A DNA stretch of 63,473 nucleotides from Chthonomonas calidirosea (GTDB taxonomy: Bacteria > Armatimonadota > Fimbriimonadia > Fimbriimonadales > Fimbriimonadaceae), in NCBI GenBank assembly GCA_945859975.1, contig CAMAPH010000013.1, positions 1-63,473 on the forward strand. Reading direction: 5' to 3'. Below the pieces are notes generated by a model. The model did not search any database. It was not told the origin of the DNA and saw only the letters and a program-made list of their open reading frames with translations. The position numbers were made by a program, and so were the translations under genes. Of this stretch, positions 47,279 to 58,000 are shown piece by piece. Position 1 is the first letter of the stretch; each line of letters opens with the position of its first letter.

Positions 47279-50200
47279 ATGTTGCGGAACCTTCTGTTGA
47301 CCACCTTGGTCGCGGCTTCGAGCCTTTCGCTCGCAGCGCCCCAGAGCTTCTCTAGCCGCATTACGAACGTCCGTGCGGGCGTCGTGGTGCTTGAAGCAGA
47401 CAGCGGCGGAGGACTTCCGGCACGAACCACGGCGCCTTTTGCCTGGCTGAATCTCGACCGTGCCACTGGCGTCAAGCCTGCGGGCTGGAGCATTGACAAT
47501 CCGTACTCACCGGGTGCGGTTTCGACTCAGACGGCTATTCGGTGGTCGGCACTTATTCCTTCGCTCGGCGGCGCACCGGTTCCGGTTGTTTCAGACCGAA
47601 TCGCTCGAACGGAAGCCTCTTACTGGGAAGTGTTCCTTACGGGAATCACGGATACGCAGCTTTCGAACTACGACGTTTTGCTCGTTGCACCATCGGTCAA
47701 CGTTCAGCTGAACACGGTTGAACGAGAGAAGCTTCGAAAGTTTGTTGACCAAGGTGGCGTACTTTGGGTCGATTACGGTGCGGCTCAAAATCCGGCCGAT
47801 CTCATCAATAACATGCCGATTGCGGTCCGGCTTCAGTCGGTTCCGGGCAACTTGTCGCAACAGGCAGACTTCCGGCAGTCATTGCTGTCTTCGCCTTTCG
47901 GACTAACGGCTTCAGATATGGGGCTGTTGAACGTGCCCTACGGTAACCCATGGCTCATGGGCGAAGTCCGACCGGCTGACCTCACGCTGCCAAACCTGTT
48001 TCTCGGCCTGAGCGGAGAAAGCTACAACAGACTTCAGAGCGTCGCGAAGGTTGGAAACACCTTTGATTCGGTTTCGATCGGTCGCATCGGCGATGGGTTC
48101 GTCGTTTTCACCGCTCGTGGCATTGCTCACAAGCTGAACGAAACGACGGTTCGAAACGCGACGACTGGTCGCTACGTTGTGAGTCCGAACCAGGGTTACC
48201 GGGCCGGAGACACCCTCGCTAGTACTCGTGGCACCGCTGCCGCGCGTTTCGCAATCAACGTCATCAGCCTGAGCAGTTCTTTCCGACAGCAAAACGGCGG
48301 TAGCCGACGGCAGGGAAGCATCGCGACGAGCGTGGTGGCTCCGCCATCCCTTAGGTTCAGCACCACGGCGGGCGCGGGAAGTCCAAACCCGGCCGCAAAC
48401 ACTCAGCCCGTTATCTACAAGAACATCTTGGTGGTCAACGGATCGGACAACCGACTCCGTGCCTACGACACCGATCCATCGCGAGACATTGATGGCGATG
48501 GCAACCCAGACGATGGCGCACCGGACTTTAACCTCGGTTCACCTTACGATCTGATCTGGACGAGTCGACCGCTTTCCAGCCCTTCGTCTTCGCCGACCGC
48601 AACTACGATTGAGAATCCTTCCATTGTCTTGCGGTCAAAGGATCAGGTGCTTGTCACCGAGCTCAACGGATCCGTTTCGAGCTTCCCGCTTTTGCCGATT
48701 AACCCGGCTACGGGTTACTTGCGACAAGACGCGTCCGTCACGAACCTTGCCCACGATTTCCAGGTCGGAACGCCGAACGGTACTAACGTTAACGTTGGTG
48801 GCGTGGTCAACTCGCCGACCGTACACGAGGGACAGGCTTTCGTTGCTGACAACGCAACAAACGGCGGTCAGACGCGTGGCCGAGTCTGGATGTTTGATCT
48901 CGCCACCGGAACGCGAATTGCGAGCACGACGAACTTCGCCCTCGGCGGAACCGGCTCGCGAGTCACGATGCCTCAGGTCAGCTTCTCGCCGACCGTAGGC
49001 TATGTTCCAATTCAGGACAACAGCGGCGGATTCGATCGACTTCTGTACTATCCAACGCTTCCTACCGGAACGAACATCAACTCCGCTGCGGGCATTGCCA
49101 GTATCTGGATTGGTGCACGTGGTGAAAAACCTTCGGACGTTACCGTGGATTCCGGTTCAAATCGACTTCTGGTGTCGACCCGAGCTAGCAGCCAGGGTGG
49201 TTTACCCGTGTTTACGTCGAGCGTGGGATCGGCCTATCGATCCTTGGCTCCACGAATCACGGTAATCGATCAGGCCGGAAACCCTTGGACGCAGGCGCAG
49301 ATGGCGGCCTTCTTCACGGATTCCGCGCCGATGAACATGGATGCCGGCGTTGTTGGCTTCCAGCTTCGAACGGGTGTCACCTGGCCGAACGAAGATGGCT
49401 CCACCGCCAACGATGTTGACATTCGAATCGACTACACCGTTGATTGGGGTGCTGGCAACGTTGAGGAACTCACGGGTGCCTTCCGCGGCAACATCAACCT
49501 TCCTGACAACGGAAACAACCGCCGGATTATTGGCTCGATCGCCATGGGCCCGACCGGAACGCTGTTCTTTAACAGCACGGGTTCAATCGCGGGTGACGGT
49601 GGTGCGTTCTACGGCATTCGAGAGGAAGGCCGAGGCATCTTCAAGTGTCTGATTCGATACGAAGTTTTCGACCAGCATCGCATCGCGATGAACGACGGCA
49701 CGTCGATCAATTACGAGCCGACGATCATCGATGTTGACAACGTGAACGACTACGTTCCTTCGGCAAATGCGAACGACTCGCGACTTCGAGGATTCCTGCT
49801 TCGGGGATCGCCGGTCATTCGAAACGGCCAGGTATTCATCGCCGCGCAAGCATCGAAATTCATCACGATTCCTGGTTTCGGTCGCGTTCCTGCACCGGTC
49901 GCGGTGTTGATGGCATTCAATGCGGATCCCGGTTTGCCCGAGATTCCCGTCGGTCGATTCCCGGCTGGCTCGGCGCTGGTTCAGCCAGACCTGGGCCGCA
50001 GTTCGGCAGCTTCTAGCGGCGGAATCAAGCAGCCAGACCAGTTCAGCATCCTGAACACGAACTACGATTACGACGAAACCCGGGGCGTGGTCCGAATCAG
50101 CAGCCTCATGGGCAACGACCGAGGAGTTATTCAGAACTCGCTCAGCTTGAGTCAGCCGGTTATTGTTCGCCGATCGGATGGCACGGATCGCCTGGTGGAG

Positions 50201-52042
50201 CCAAACAACGTTGGTGGCCGCTGGAGTCCGCTCAACTGGTACACCACTGTCAATGGCACGACGCTGGAAAACACGCCAAACGTGCTCTTGCTCGCCGGTT
50301 CTACGATTTACATGGTTGGAGAGAGTGTCGTTCCGGGCATCTTGTCCGGCGAAGGCACGCTTTCGAACACCGGCGTTATCGTTGCTTACGACTCGGAAGT
50401 TCCATCGAACGACCCTGAGCTTCGCAATCCAACGGTACGACCGTGGCAGAAGCAAGTTGTTCAGGACCTCGCTCCAGGAGTAGCAAATTTCACGGGCAAT
50501 CGCCACGTTCGCTGGCCACTACTTAGCGGCCTCACCGGCTTCTCGGATTACATCGTTCGCTTGAACCAAACTCGGCTTCGAAATTCCACCACGGGACTCG
50601 GCATCATTGGCGGCGACGAAACGATCGTTGCTTGGGGTAGCGCGGGCTCGTACGCTTTCGGAGATTCCAACATCATCGTTTGTGACCAAAACCGCGTGGG
50701 TCTCTTTGATCCTTCCGGCGATGCGATCCTGTCGCTGGATGCAATTCTGGCTCCCGGCAAAGCTAACGATGCCGGTGCGGCTCGTCCAACCGCGCTTGCT
50801 CGCCCAACCCGCGCCTATTCGCTCGGTACCGGAGAGTTCCTGTTGGTGGACAGCGGCGCGAACAGCGTTGGCCGCGTCGATTCCGCCGGAGTGGCTCGCC
50901 GACTGATCTCGGAATTCATTATTGACCCGCAGAACGTGCCAGACGGTTATCAGGCAAACGAGACCCTGAAGCTTTCGGGACCTCGTGATGCCGTCAGCTG
51001 GACCGAGGTTGCGGTGCTCGGCAGCAATCCGGTCTTCACCAACCAGCAGGCCGTCGAGTATTGGGTTCACACCCTGATTGCCGATGGCGGCAACAATCGG
51101 TTGGTTCAGCTGGTTGACCGGTACGGTTATGACGTAGCTTCGAGCCGAGTGCTTGAGCCAATCGCGGTCGCCAACGTTCCGCAACTTGGTGTGCTTCGAT
51201 GGCACAGTCCAGCGAGCATCTCCGGAAGAGAATTTAGCTACAACAGCCTATCGCGAGTCTTCGTGCCGGGCACCGTCTCGACGCCAGCCAGATATGTCTA
51301 CGTTGCCGGTATCGGTAACACCTTGCCAACTAACACCGGTGTAGGACTCGACACGAGCGGCGCGGGTGACCCATTGCCGAGCGGCGGCGGGAACGGTGGA
51401 GTGGTCATTCTTGATCCAGCGAATCCTCGATACGTTCAGGTTATCAATCAGCTTGCCGTTCCGGACTGGTCGGGGACTCCGGTCTGGTTCGATGCTGCAA
51501 ACGGCAACGGACAGTTCATTTCCGCGGCCAGCCTTGGCGATCCTCGGCTGATCAATCGCCGACTCGGTGCCACGCGGCTCATGAGCAACGTGACCTCGGT
51601 GACAGCGCGAGTCGTGCAAGTGGCGGGCAATCCAATCGTGATGGTGATGGTCTCGGATGCAAACGGCGTCTTTGAGTTCCCACTGCCGTCTGGAACCAGC
51701 ACGGTCGGCGGCGTAACTTGGATGATGCCAACCGACGTGTACCGTGGAATCCGGCCGATCTTCGCACGAAACGTTGCCTCGACCGAAGACAAGAATCCGG
51801 AGAACTTCCGCCCGATGTATGCCAAGCGCATGTCGAACGGAGAAGTGCTCATTGTTAACGGCTACTTTGGCCGCCGCCGCAATGGCAACAACTTCTATGG
51901 AGAAGTTGTCCAAATCAACCCAACTTTTTACGATCTCGCAGCCGAGAACCTTGGCTTCCGAATATCGTCCATAAGTTACGAACTCGGGCCCATCCAGGGC
52001 ACGAGGGGCCTCGTGCAACCGATCTTCGCCGATCGACGCTAA
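47279..52042 (+). CDS. Large secreted beta-rich protein (1587 aa) with DUF4159-like N-terminal region and beta-propeller repeats
   Basis: Signal peptide (...SLSLA-A); EREKLRKFVDQGGVLWVD; DIDGDGNPDD; NHL-like LIADGGNNRLV. Confidence 0.8.
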   Translation: MLRNLLLTTLVAASSLSLAAPQSFSSRITNVRAGVVVLEADSGGGLPARTTAPFAWLNLDRATGVKPAGWSIDNPYSPGAVSTQTAIRWSALIPSLGGAPVPVVSDRIARTEASYWEVFLTGITDTQLSNYDVLLVAPSVNVQLNTVEREKLRKFVDQGGVLWVDYGAAQNPADLINNMPIAVRLQSVPGNLSQQADFRQSLLSSPFGLTASDMGLLNVPYGNPWLMGEVRPADLTLPNLFLGLSGESYNRLQSVAKVGNTFDSVSIGRIGDGFVVFTARGIAHKLNETTVRNATTGRYVVSPNQGYRAGDTLASTRGTAAARFAINVISLSSSFRQQNGGSRRQGSIATSVVAPPSLRFSTTAGAGSPNPAANTQPVIYKNILVVNGSDNRLRAYDTDPSRDIDGDGNPDDGAPDFNLGSPYDLIWTSRPLSSPSSSPTATTIENPSIVLRSKDQVLVTELNGSVSSFPLLPINPATGYLRQDASVTNLAHDFQVGTPNGTNVNVGGVVNSPTVHEGQAFVADNATNGGQTRGRVWMFDLATGTRIASTTNFALGGTGSRVTMPQVSFSPTVGYVPIQDNSGGFDRLLYYPTLPTGTNINSAAGIASIWIGARGEKPSDVTVDSGSNRLLVSTRASSQGGLPVFTSSVGSAYRSLAPRITVIDQAGNPWTQAQMAAFFTDSAPMNMDAGVVGFQLRTGVTWPNEDGSTANDVDIRIDYTVDWGAGNVEELTGAFRGNINLPDNGNNRRIIGSIAMGPTGTLFFNSTGSIAGDGGAFYGIREEGRGIFKCLIRYEVFDQHRIAMNDGTSINYEPTIIDVDNVNDYVPSANANDSRLRGFLLRGSPVIRNGQVFIAAQASKFITIPGFGRVPAPVAVLMAFNADPGLPEIPVGRFPAGSALVQPDLGRSSAASSGGIKQPDQFSILNTNYDYDETRGVVRISSLMGNDRGVIQNSLSLSQPVIVRRSDGTDRLVEPNNVGGRWSPLNWYTTVNGTTLENTPNVLLLAGSTIYMVGESVVPGILSGEGTLSNTGVIVAYDSEVPSNDPELRNPTVRPWQKQVVQDLAPGVANFTGNRHVRWPLLSGLTGFSDYIVRLNQTRLRNSTTGLGIIGGDETIVAWGSAGSYAFGDSNIIVCDQNRVGLFDPSGDAILSLDAILAPGKANDAGAARPTALARPTRAYSLGTGEFLLVDSGANSVGRVDSAGVARRLISEFIIDPQNVPDGYQANETLKLSGPRDAVSWTEVAVLGSNPVFTNQQAVEYWVHTLIADGGNNRLVQLVDRYGYDVASSRVLEPIAVANVPQLGVLRWHSPASISGREFSYNSLSRVFVPGTVSTPARYVYVAGIGNTLPTNTGVGLDTSGAGDPLPSGGGNGGVVILDPANPRYVQVINQLAVPDWSGTPVWFDAANGNGQFISAASLGDPRLINRRLGATRLMSNVTSVTARVVQVAGNPIVMVMVSDANGVFEFPLPSGTSTVGGVTWMMPTDVYRGIRPIFARNVASTEDKNPENFRPMYAKRMSNGEVLIVNGYFGRRRNGNNFYGEVVQINPTFYDLAAENLGFRISSISYELGPIQGTRGLVQPIFADRR

Positions 52043-52057
52043 CGGAACACTAGATTT

Positions 52058-55000
52058 ATGAAGGGATCGATGATTCGCCGTAGTTTAACTCTGGGCTTGG
52101 TTCTGCTTGCCGCATGGACCGGGGTGGAGCAGGCAATAGCCCAAACCGTTGACTTCCCGATGCTGAAAGGGAACAACGCGCGCACCGGACGAGCCGGCAA
52201 TCCGCTCTCGTCTTCCGCAGGCATTGCGAACCTTCGCTGGTTCACGCCGTACGGTGTCGACGAAACCACGACGATCGAAGTCGATAACACAGATGCCAGC
52301 GATGCATTCACGCAGATCGACAACGGTTCGAACCCGCTAGCGTATCCGGGCGGACCGTACGACACCAATGCCTACGGCTTGGTGACGACCTTCCCAGTCT
52401 ACGGCCCACAGAAGTCGACGTATAACAACGCCGCCGAGTGGACGCCACCGATTGTCACCGCGACGAACAACTATGAAGCCTCGGGCCCGTACTTGGTTGC
52501 GCGACGTCGAGCCGCAATTGGTGCGAATCCGGTCGATTACACGTCGCGAAGTCCGTCTTACGTTTACACTCGGTGCATCCCGTCTGCGGTCGGTTCCGAT
52601 CCTTCGGTCCCACTCAACAACGGACAGCGACGTATTTTCCAGTGGCGCGTCGGCGGTCCGACCAGCTCTGCCCGACAGTACGCACTGTACGTTTGGCTTC
52701 CAACTGGCCCAACCCGAGTTGGTCCGGGCGCGAGCGATCTTCTCTATCCACAGCGCTATTACGTTTACGAGATCATTTACGGAAACAACCAGCGGTTTGT
52801 AGAAGTTGTTGACACGTATGCTTCCGGTGGCGGATGGGTTCGCCTAGGCGCTGGTGGCCGCCCAACGAACGTTCTCTTCCCTTATAGCGGTCGAAGTGCG
52901 ATCCGCGTCAGTCTTCGCAACACGATGCCGCGAGACGATGCCGGGCAGCTGACCATGCCCAATGCTCCGGAGAACTACATTGTCTATGCCGATGCGCTGA
53001 AGGCAGTTCCGGCTTCTGGTGGATACACGGCTGGTCCCGTGGTGAGCGGTCTCGGAACTTCTGACATCCGAACTCTCGCTGCCAACAACACCGTAACCTC
53101 CGAACAGGTTTCAACTTCGGGCGAGCTTGTCACCCGTACCTCGGCCACGGTAACGAGCTACAACCACAACTTCAACTCGTCGAATCTCGCTCGTAACACG
53201 CGATTCACGTACTCTCCAGTCGGCAACTCGATTGGTGAAGGAAACGTTGACGACGACAGCACGCAAGTGACCTTTGATGCGGGTTGGACCGCCGCCGCGC
53301 AACCGGAGTATGTCAACGGTTCCGGACACGAACTAGTGACGACCAACGTCGTTGGGAGCCTGCAGCGAGCCATCTATTCCAACACCCTGTCGGACGGCGA
53401 CTACGAAGTTTATGTTTATCTGCCTGGCGCACTGACGGGCAAGAACTTCGGATCGCGAATTCGATACGAAGTTCGCGAGGGGACGACGGTGACCAATATT
53501 GAGGTCAACCAGCAGACTGGTGGTGGTTGGGTGCGACTTGGCGCGCGACGGTTCCGGCATCGAACCACGACGAGCGCTTCGCAACCCGTTCCGGCACCTC
53601 TCACGGTTGCGGTTACCAACTACAGCCCAGGTGCAGGAGAGGTTGGACGACTTGCGCTTGCCGATGCCGTGCGTTTCCGAGGTACCGGTAGCCTGGCCGT
53701 CAGCTCAACGCCTGTCCTTGCCAGCGTCATTCTGAATTTGAGCGGCGGCGGAACGGGCACCGAACGCGTGGCCATCGTTGCCGACGAGTCTGGACGCATT
53801 CACTGCATCGACGCCACCGGCCGAACGGACGGAACCACCGACGTTTACTGGACCTATCCAAGCCTGAAGCGAAGCGACACGTACATCGACCCGAACTTGG
53901 CCGAGGGCATAGACGGGCGAACTCCCGCGACCGCAGATTCGGTTCCGGTAGCCGAAATGCCGAACGGATTCAGCACGAGTTCCGCGCTAGTGCAACGAAT
54001 CGGCGGCGTCGACTACCTCTTTATCGCGGCAACCAACGGCCGCGTCTACTGCCTTGAAATGGCGGGCCGCGGCGATTACGATACGAGCACTCGAACCCCC
54101 GGCACAACCCGGCGCGTTTGGACCTTCCCGGACGACTTCCCAGGAACCGCGAGGGCAACGACGCTAGGTGAAGCGGCAGGTTCGATCTCAATCGGCGTTG
54201 TATCGGGACGAACTTCGGTCATCATTCCGACCCGCGAAGGCCGCGTTTACGCGGTCGACGCCATCCCTGCTGACGCTCAGGACGCAACCGACCGAACCAC
54301 GAACATTCGATGGGTCTATCCTCCGGCTAACCAGGCACCGCTTGGGCCGATCACGATGACGCCTTCGGTTGAATTCGACCGAGTTTATGTCGGCGCGAAC
54401 CAAGACACGGATGCTTACAAGCAGCTGATCGCGCTCAACATCAACACGGGCGCTCCCGTTTGGTCTTTCCCCGCGACGGCCGACCTCGGCAACAGCGACG
54501 AAAACAGCACTCGAAGTTGGTTGAGCAGCCCAGTCACCGTACCAGCGGCTACATTGGGCGGCGGCATGCCAAACACGGTATTTGCTCTCAATGAGAACGG
54601 CTTCTTGTTTGCCATCGATGCCACAACCGGTGCGAAGCTTTGGAGTTCGAACGAACTCGGAACGGGCTCAAACACGAGCTTGACGTACACCGTTCTCAGC
54701 ACCTTCGACAATCTCGGTTCGCGAGCAAACTCGCCCGTGGTCCTCATTCCGACGGAAGACGGACGATTTGTCGCGATGTTTGCGCGGACCGGCGAACTCA
54801 ATCGATTCGGTACGCGCCGAGCGTGGGAGTACGTCGCCGAAGGCGAAACGGTTGATGCGCCGATTGCCGCCGGAAACAACTTCCTGTACGGAGCCGATTC
54901 GCTCGGCTTCCTTTACGCGTTCAACAACGACACCGGCTCTCCGATCACGCCTGGCCTTCAGCCGGGTCAAGAGACGCTTGTTGAGAACGACACGCGCGGA

Positions 55001-58000
55001 GACATTTTCCGTGAGACCAAGGTTGCCCTCATTACCCGTGAGGCGTACGACCGACTTCGATTAGGTTCAACTGATCCCAACCACCTGACGTACAACGATC
55101 TCATCGATCCAGGCACCCGCCAGATTCAGCCGGCTTATCGCGTCACGCGCAGTCCGCTAGCCTTTGAATGGGGAGAGACGGGCTACTTCGTGGCCTACGA
55201 CTTCCCGTATGTAGTCGCGAATCGATCGAACGGAAACAACGTTCCGCCGCCGATCGTGAACTTCAGCTTCTCGGTTCAGGGAGAGGGGAATCGAAGCTTG
55301 CCGGTCGAGGCTCGCCAGTTCCGCAACCCGCTGACTGCGCCACTCAACTTGGTCGATCCGTCGCTGACAAATGCCGGATACGCGATCATTGCCTACACGC
55401 TCCAGGGCGGCGGCGCCAATGCGCTTCCACCAGGAGCAGCTACGCTCTCGGTCTCCATTTCGAGCCAAGCGATTGTTTCGTCGCAGGTGCTGCAGAACAT
55501 CGCCCTTGACCCTACGCTCAGCCGCGTCGCGTTCTCGGTCGCTAATCCGCTTGCTGTCGTCATGACGCTGGCGACTCCGAATGCAGTCCCGGTCGATTCC
55601 CCGGTCGGAATTGGTTTGAGTCGATCTCCATCGAGCCCAGACAACCTGATCAATGGATCTCCGGACGTGGCAGGAACGGCCAAGGCAGAGCACAAACTGC
55701 TCCAAACCGCGGGTCAGATCGATCACGGCGCAGCGCGCGTCGCTCGCCTGTACATCATCGACCGCTCGATGATGTCGCTCGTGCGCCCAGATGGCCTCGG
55801 ATTAGACAACGTTCGAATTGACCGAGCTGGACTTGCGTGGCAGGGCCAGGGCAATACGGTTTACAAATCGCTAACGACCGCGCTCTATCCAAACTTTGAG
55901 GACTTGCCAACGCGAGTGCCGAACAACAGCATCGACTACCCAGACATTCGCCAAGAAAACGTGCGAATCACTAAGGATCCGAATGGACGCACCGAAAATC
56001 CGGTGTTCGCTACGGGTGGAGTCAGCTTGAATGCGCCTCGAATCTTGGACGGAGGAGCCGAGCGCCCACTACGCCAAGGTGACTTGCCGGAAGACCGCGT
56101 CTTCAAGGCCACCGTCTTCGACTTCGAAATCAACGTTCCGAAATTCCAGCCACCAAACGTTGGGCGCGTTCGCTACAACCAAGGTCTGATCGGATCGGGC
56201 GGCGTGCCGGGAGATCCAACCCAGCTGATGACTGACAGCAGCGGTGCATTGCTCGACCAAGGCTACATCGGCAACATGCGGGTCTTCGTTGACTCGCTCC
56301 AGAACGGATCGTTCGAGTCCGGCCGAGAAGCCTTCCGGTCGTTCTCCGTCTCCGCGAGTGTTCTCGCTCAGGAGAAGATGCGGGTGATTACGCCGACCGT
56401 CGATCCAAGCTCGAACGAGAGCACGGTGGACCTCGGATCATTGCCGGGCGGTGCCGGAAAAGTTCTCAACGCGGGCACTTACGGACCCGGTTCGGCGCGC
56501 TTTAGCCCAACCTTTAAGAACTTCACCGTTCTGAACGAAGGCAACGTCAATATGCTCAACGTGCGCCTCGCCAAGACCTTCCGTCCTGGCGGCGCGTCAG
56601 CGACGCAGCCGTTTGCCTTTGAGAGTCGAACCAACGACCAGCAGGCATGGCTGGATGGCTCGCTTGATCTCTGGGCGAACTTCGGCGTTGACTTTGCTCC
56701 TAGCTACGGTGGTACCAACCGGCAGATCATTCAGAAATCGCGCGTTACCGACTCGGTTCCAACCCAGTTGGTTGTCAACCCGTCGCGACGCGAGAATGCG
56801 ATCTTGGGCGTGGCGAGTTCGCCACTCATCCCTGGACTTCCGTCGGCGGAGCCAAGCGTCTCGGTAACCGTTCCAATCGGGTTCCCGGTTGGAACCTATA
56901 GCCAAATCGTGCGGGTCATCGAAAACCAGACCCTAACGGATGCACGGCCGGAATCGCTTGATGGTATCAACGCCACGGGCGGTCGAGTGATGGAAACCTT
57001 TAGCGACCCATCGTTCCGACTCATCTTCAAGAACCGAGAATCTCGCTTGACGAACCGGGCCACGACGTATTCCGATCCGCAGGTCGACAACTTGTTGCCA
57101 GCCAACTCAACCTTGGCGTACAAGAACATCCAGCCATCGATCCTTCGAACGATGGGAGGACATTTGGCGCTGGCTTGGTCGAGTAACCGACCACAAGCGG
57201 TTCCGTCGCCTGGCGCGCCGACCGATATCTTGGTCAATGAGCCATGGCGAATCTATTTCTCCGGACTCGGTTCTGCCGCAACGTTCAACGATACGACGGT
57301 TGCCACACCTGGCAACCTTGGCTACTCGGCCATTCGAGATCTGAACTTCTGGAACGCATCCAGCGCAAACGAGTGGTGGAGAGGTAGCGCATCGAGCACC
57401 TCCGGATATCCAGCGCCAGGCTCGAACTTCGCGACGCTCTTCGGACTTCCGGTTGCACCAGATGCAAACTCGCTTCGGTTCTATCACCCAAGCTTCCCAG
57501 CTTCGGGTAACGCGAATGCCACGAATCCAGGAGTAGTTTCGACCGCTTTTGCCAGCACGGTGATGGCGTTTGTGGGAGAGGCTCGAGATGGCAATGGCCA
57601 GCAGATCAGCCGCATCTTTGCTAGCGAAGTTACGGTCAATGCTACGGGCGCGGTGGTCGCATCAGATCCGATTCCGCTTCCGTTCGATTCGAACTCCCGA
57701 AAGGGCAAGCCTGCTGTCATCCAGACCGGACCAAACTCCGCGATCGTGTTCTATCCGGCTACTTCCGGCAACTTCACTGGCCTTATGGCGGCAAACCTAA
57801 ATGCCGCGATTGATCCGCTCACGGGAAGCCGCTGGAGCGCGCCGATGTCAATTCCGTTCGGCAGCACATTCGAGAGTATTGCGGGCGTCTCCGGCGTCTT
57901 GCGAAACTACCAAGGCAACGTGCTGACGCCTTTGATCGAGTTGGTTGTGACCGGCAAGGTGCGAGGCGTAGCGAACGCAGAAGGATTTATCGTGCGGTTG

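Noticed and set aside
54060..55010. RGD tripeptides in the 2315-aa protein
   Set aside because: Expected by chance in a protein this long; no evidence of a host-integrin context
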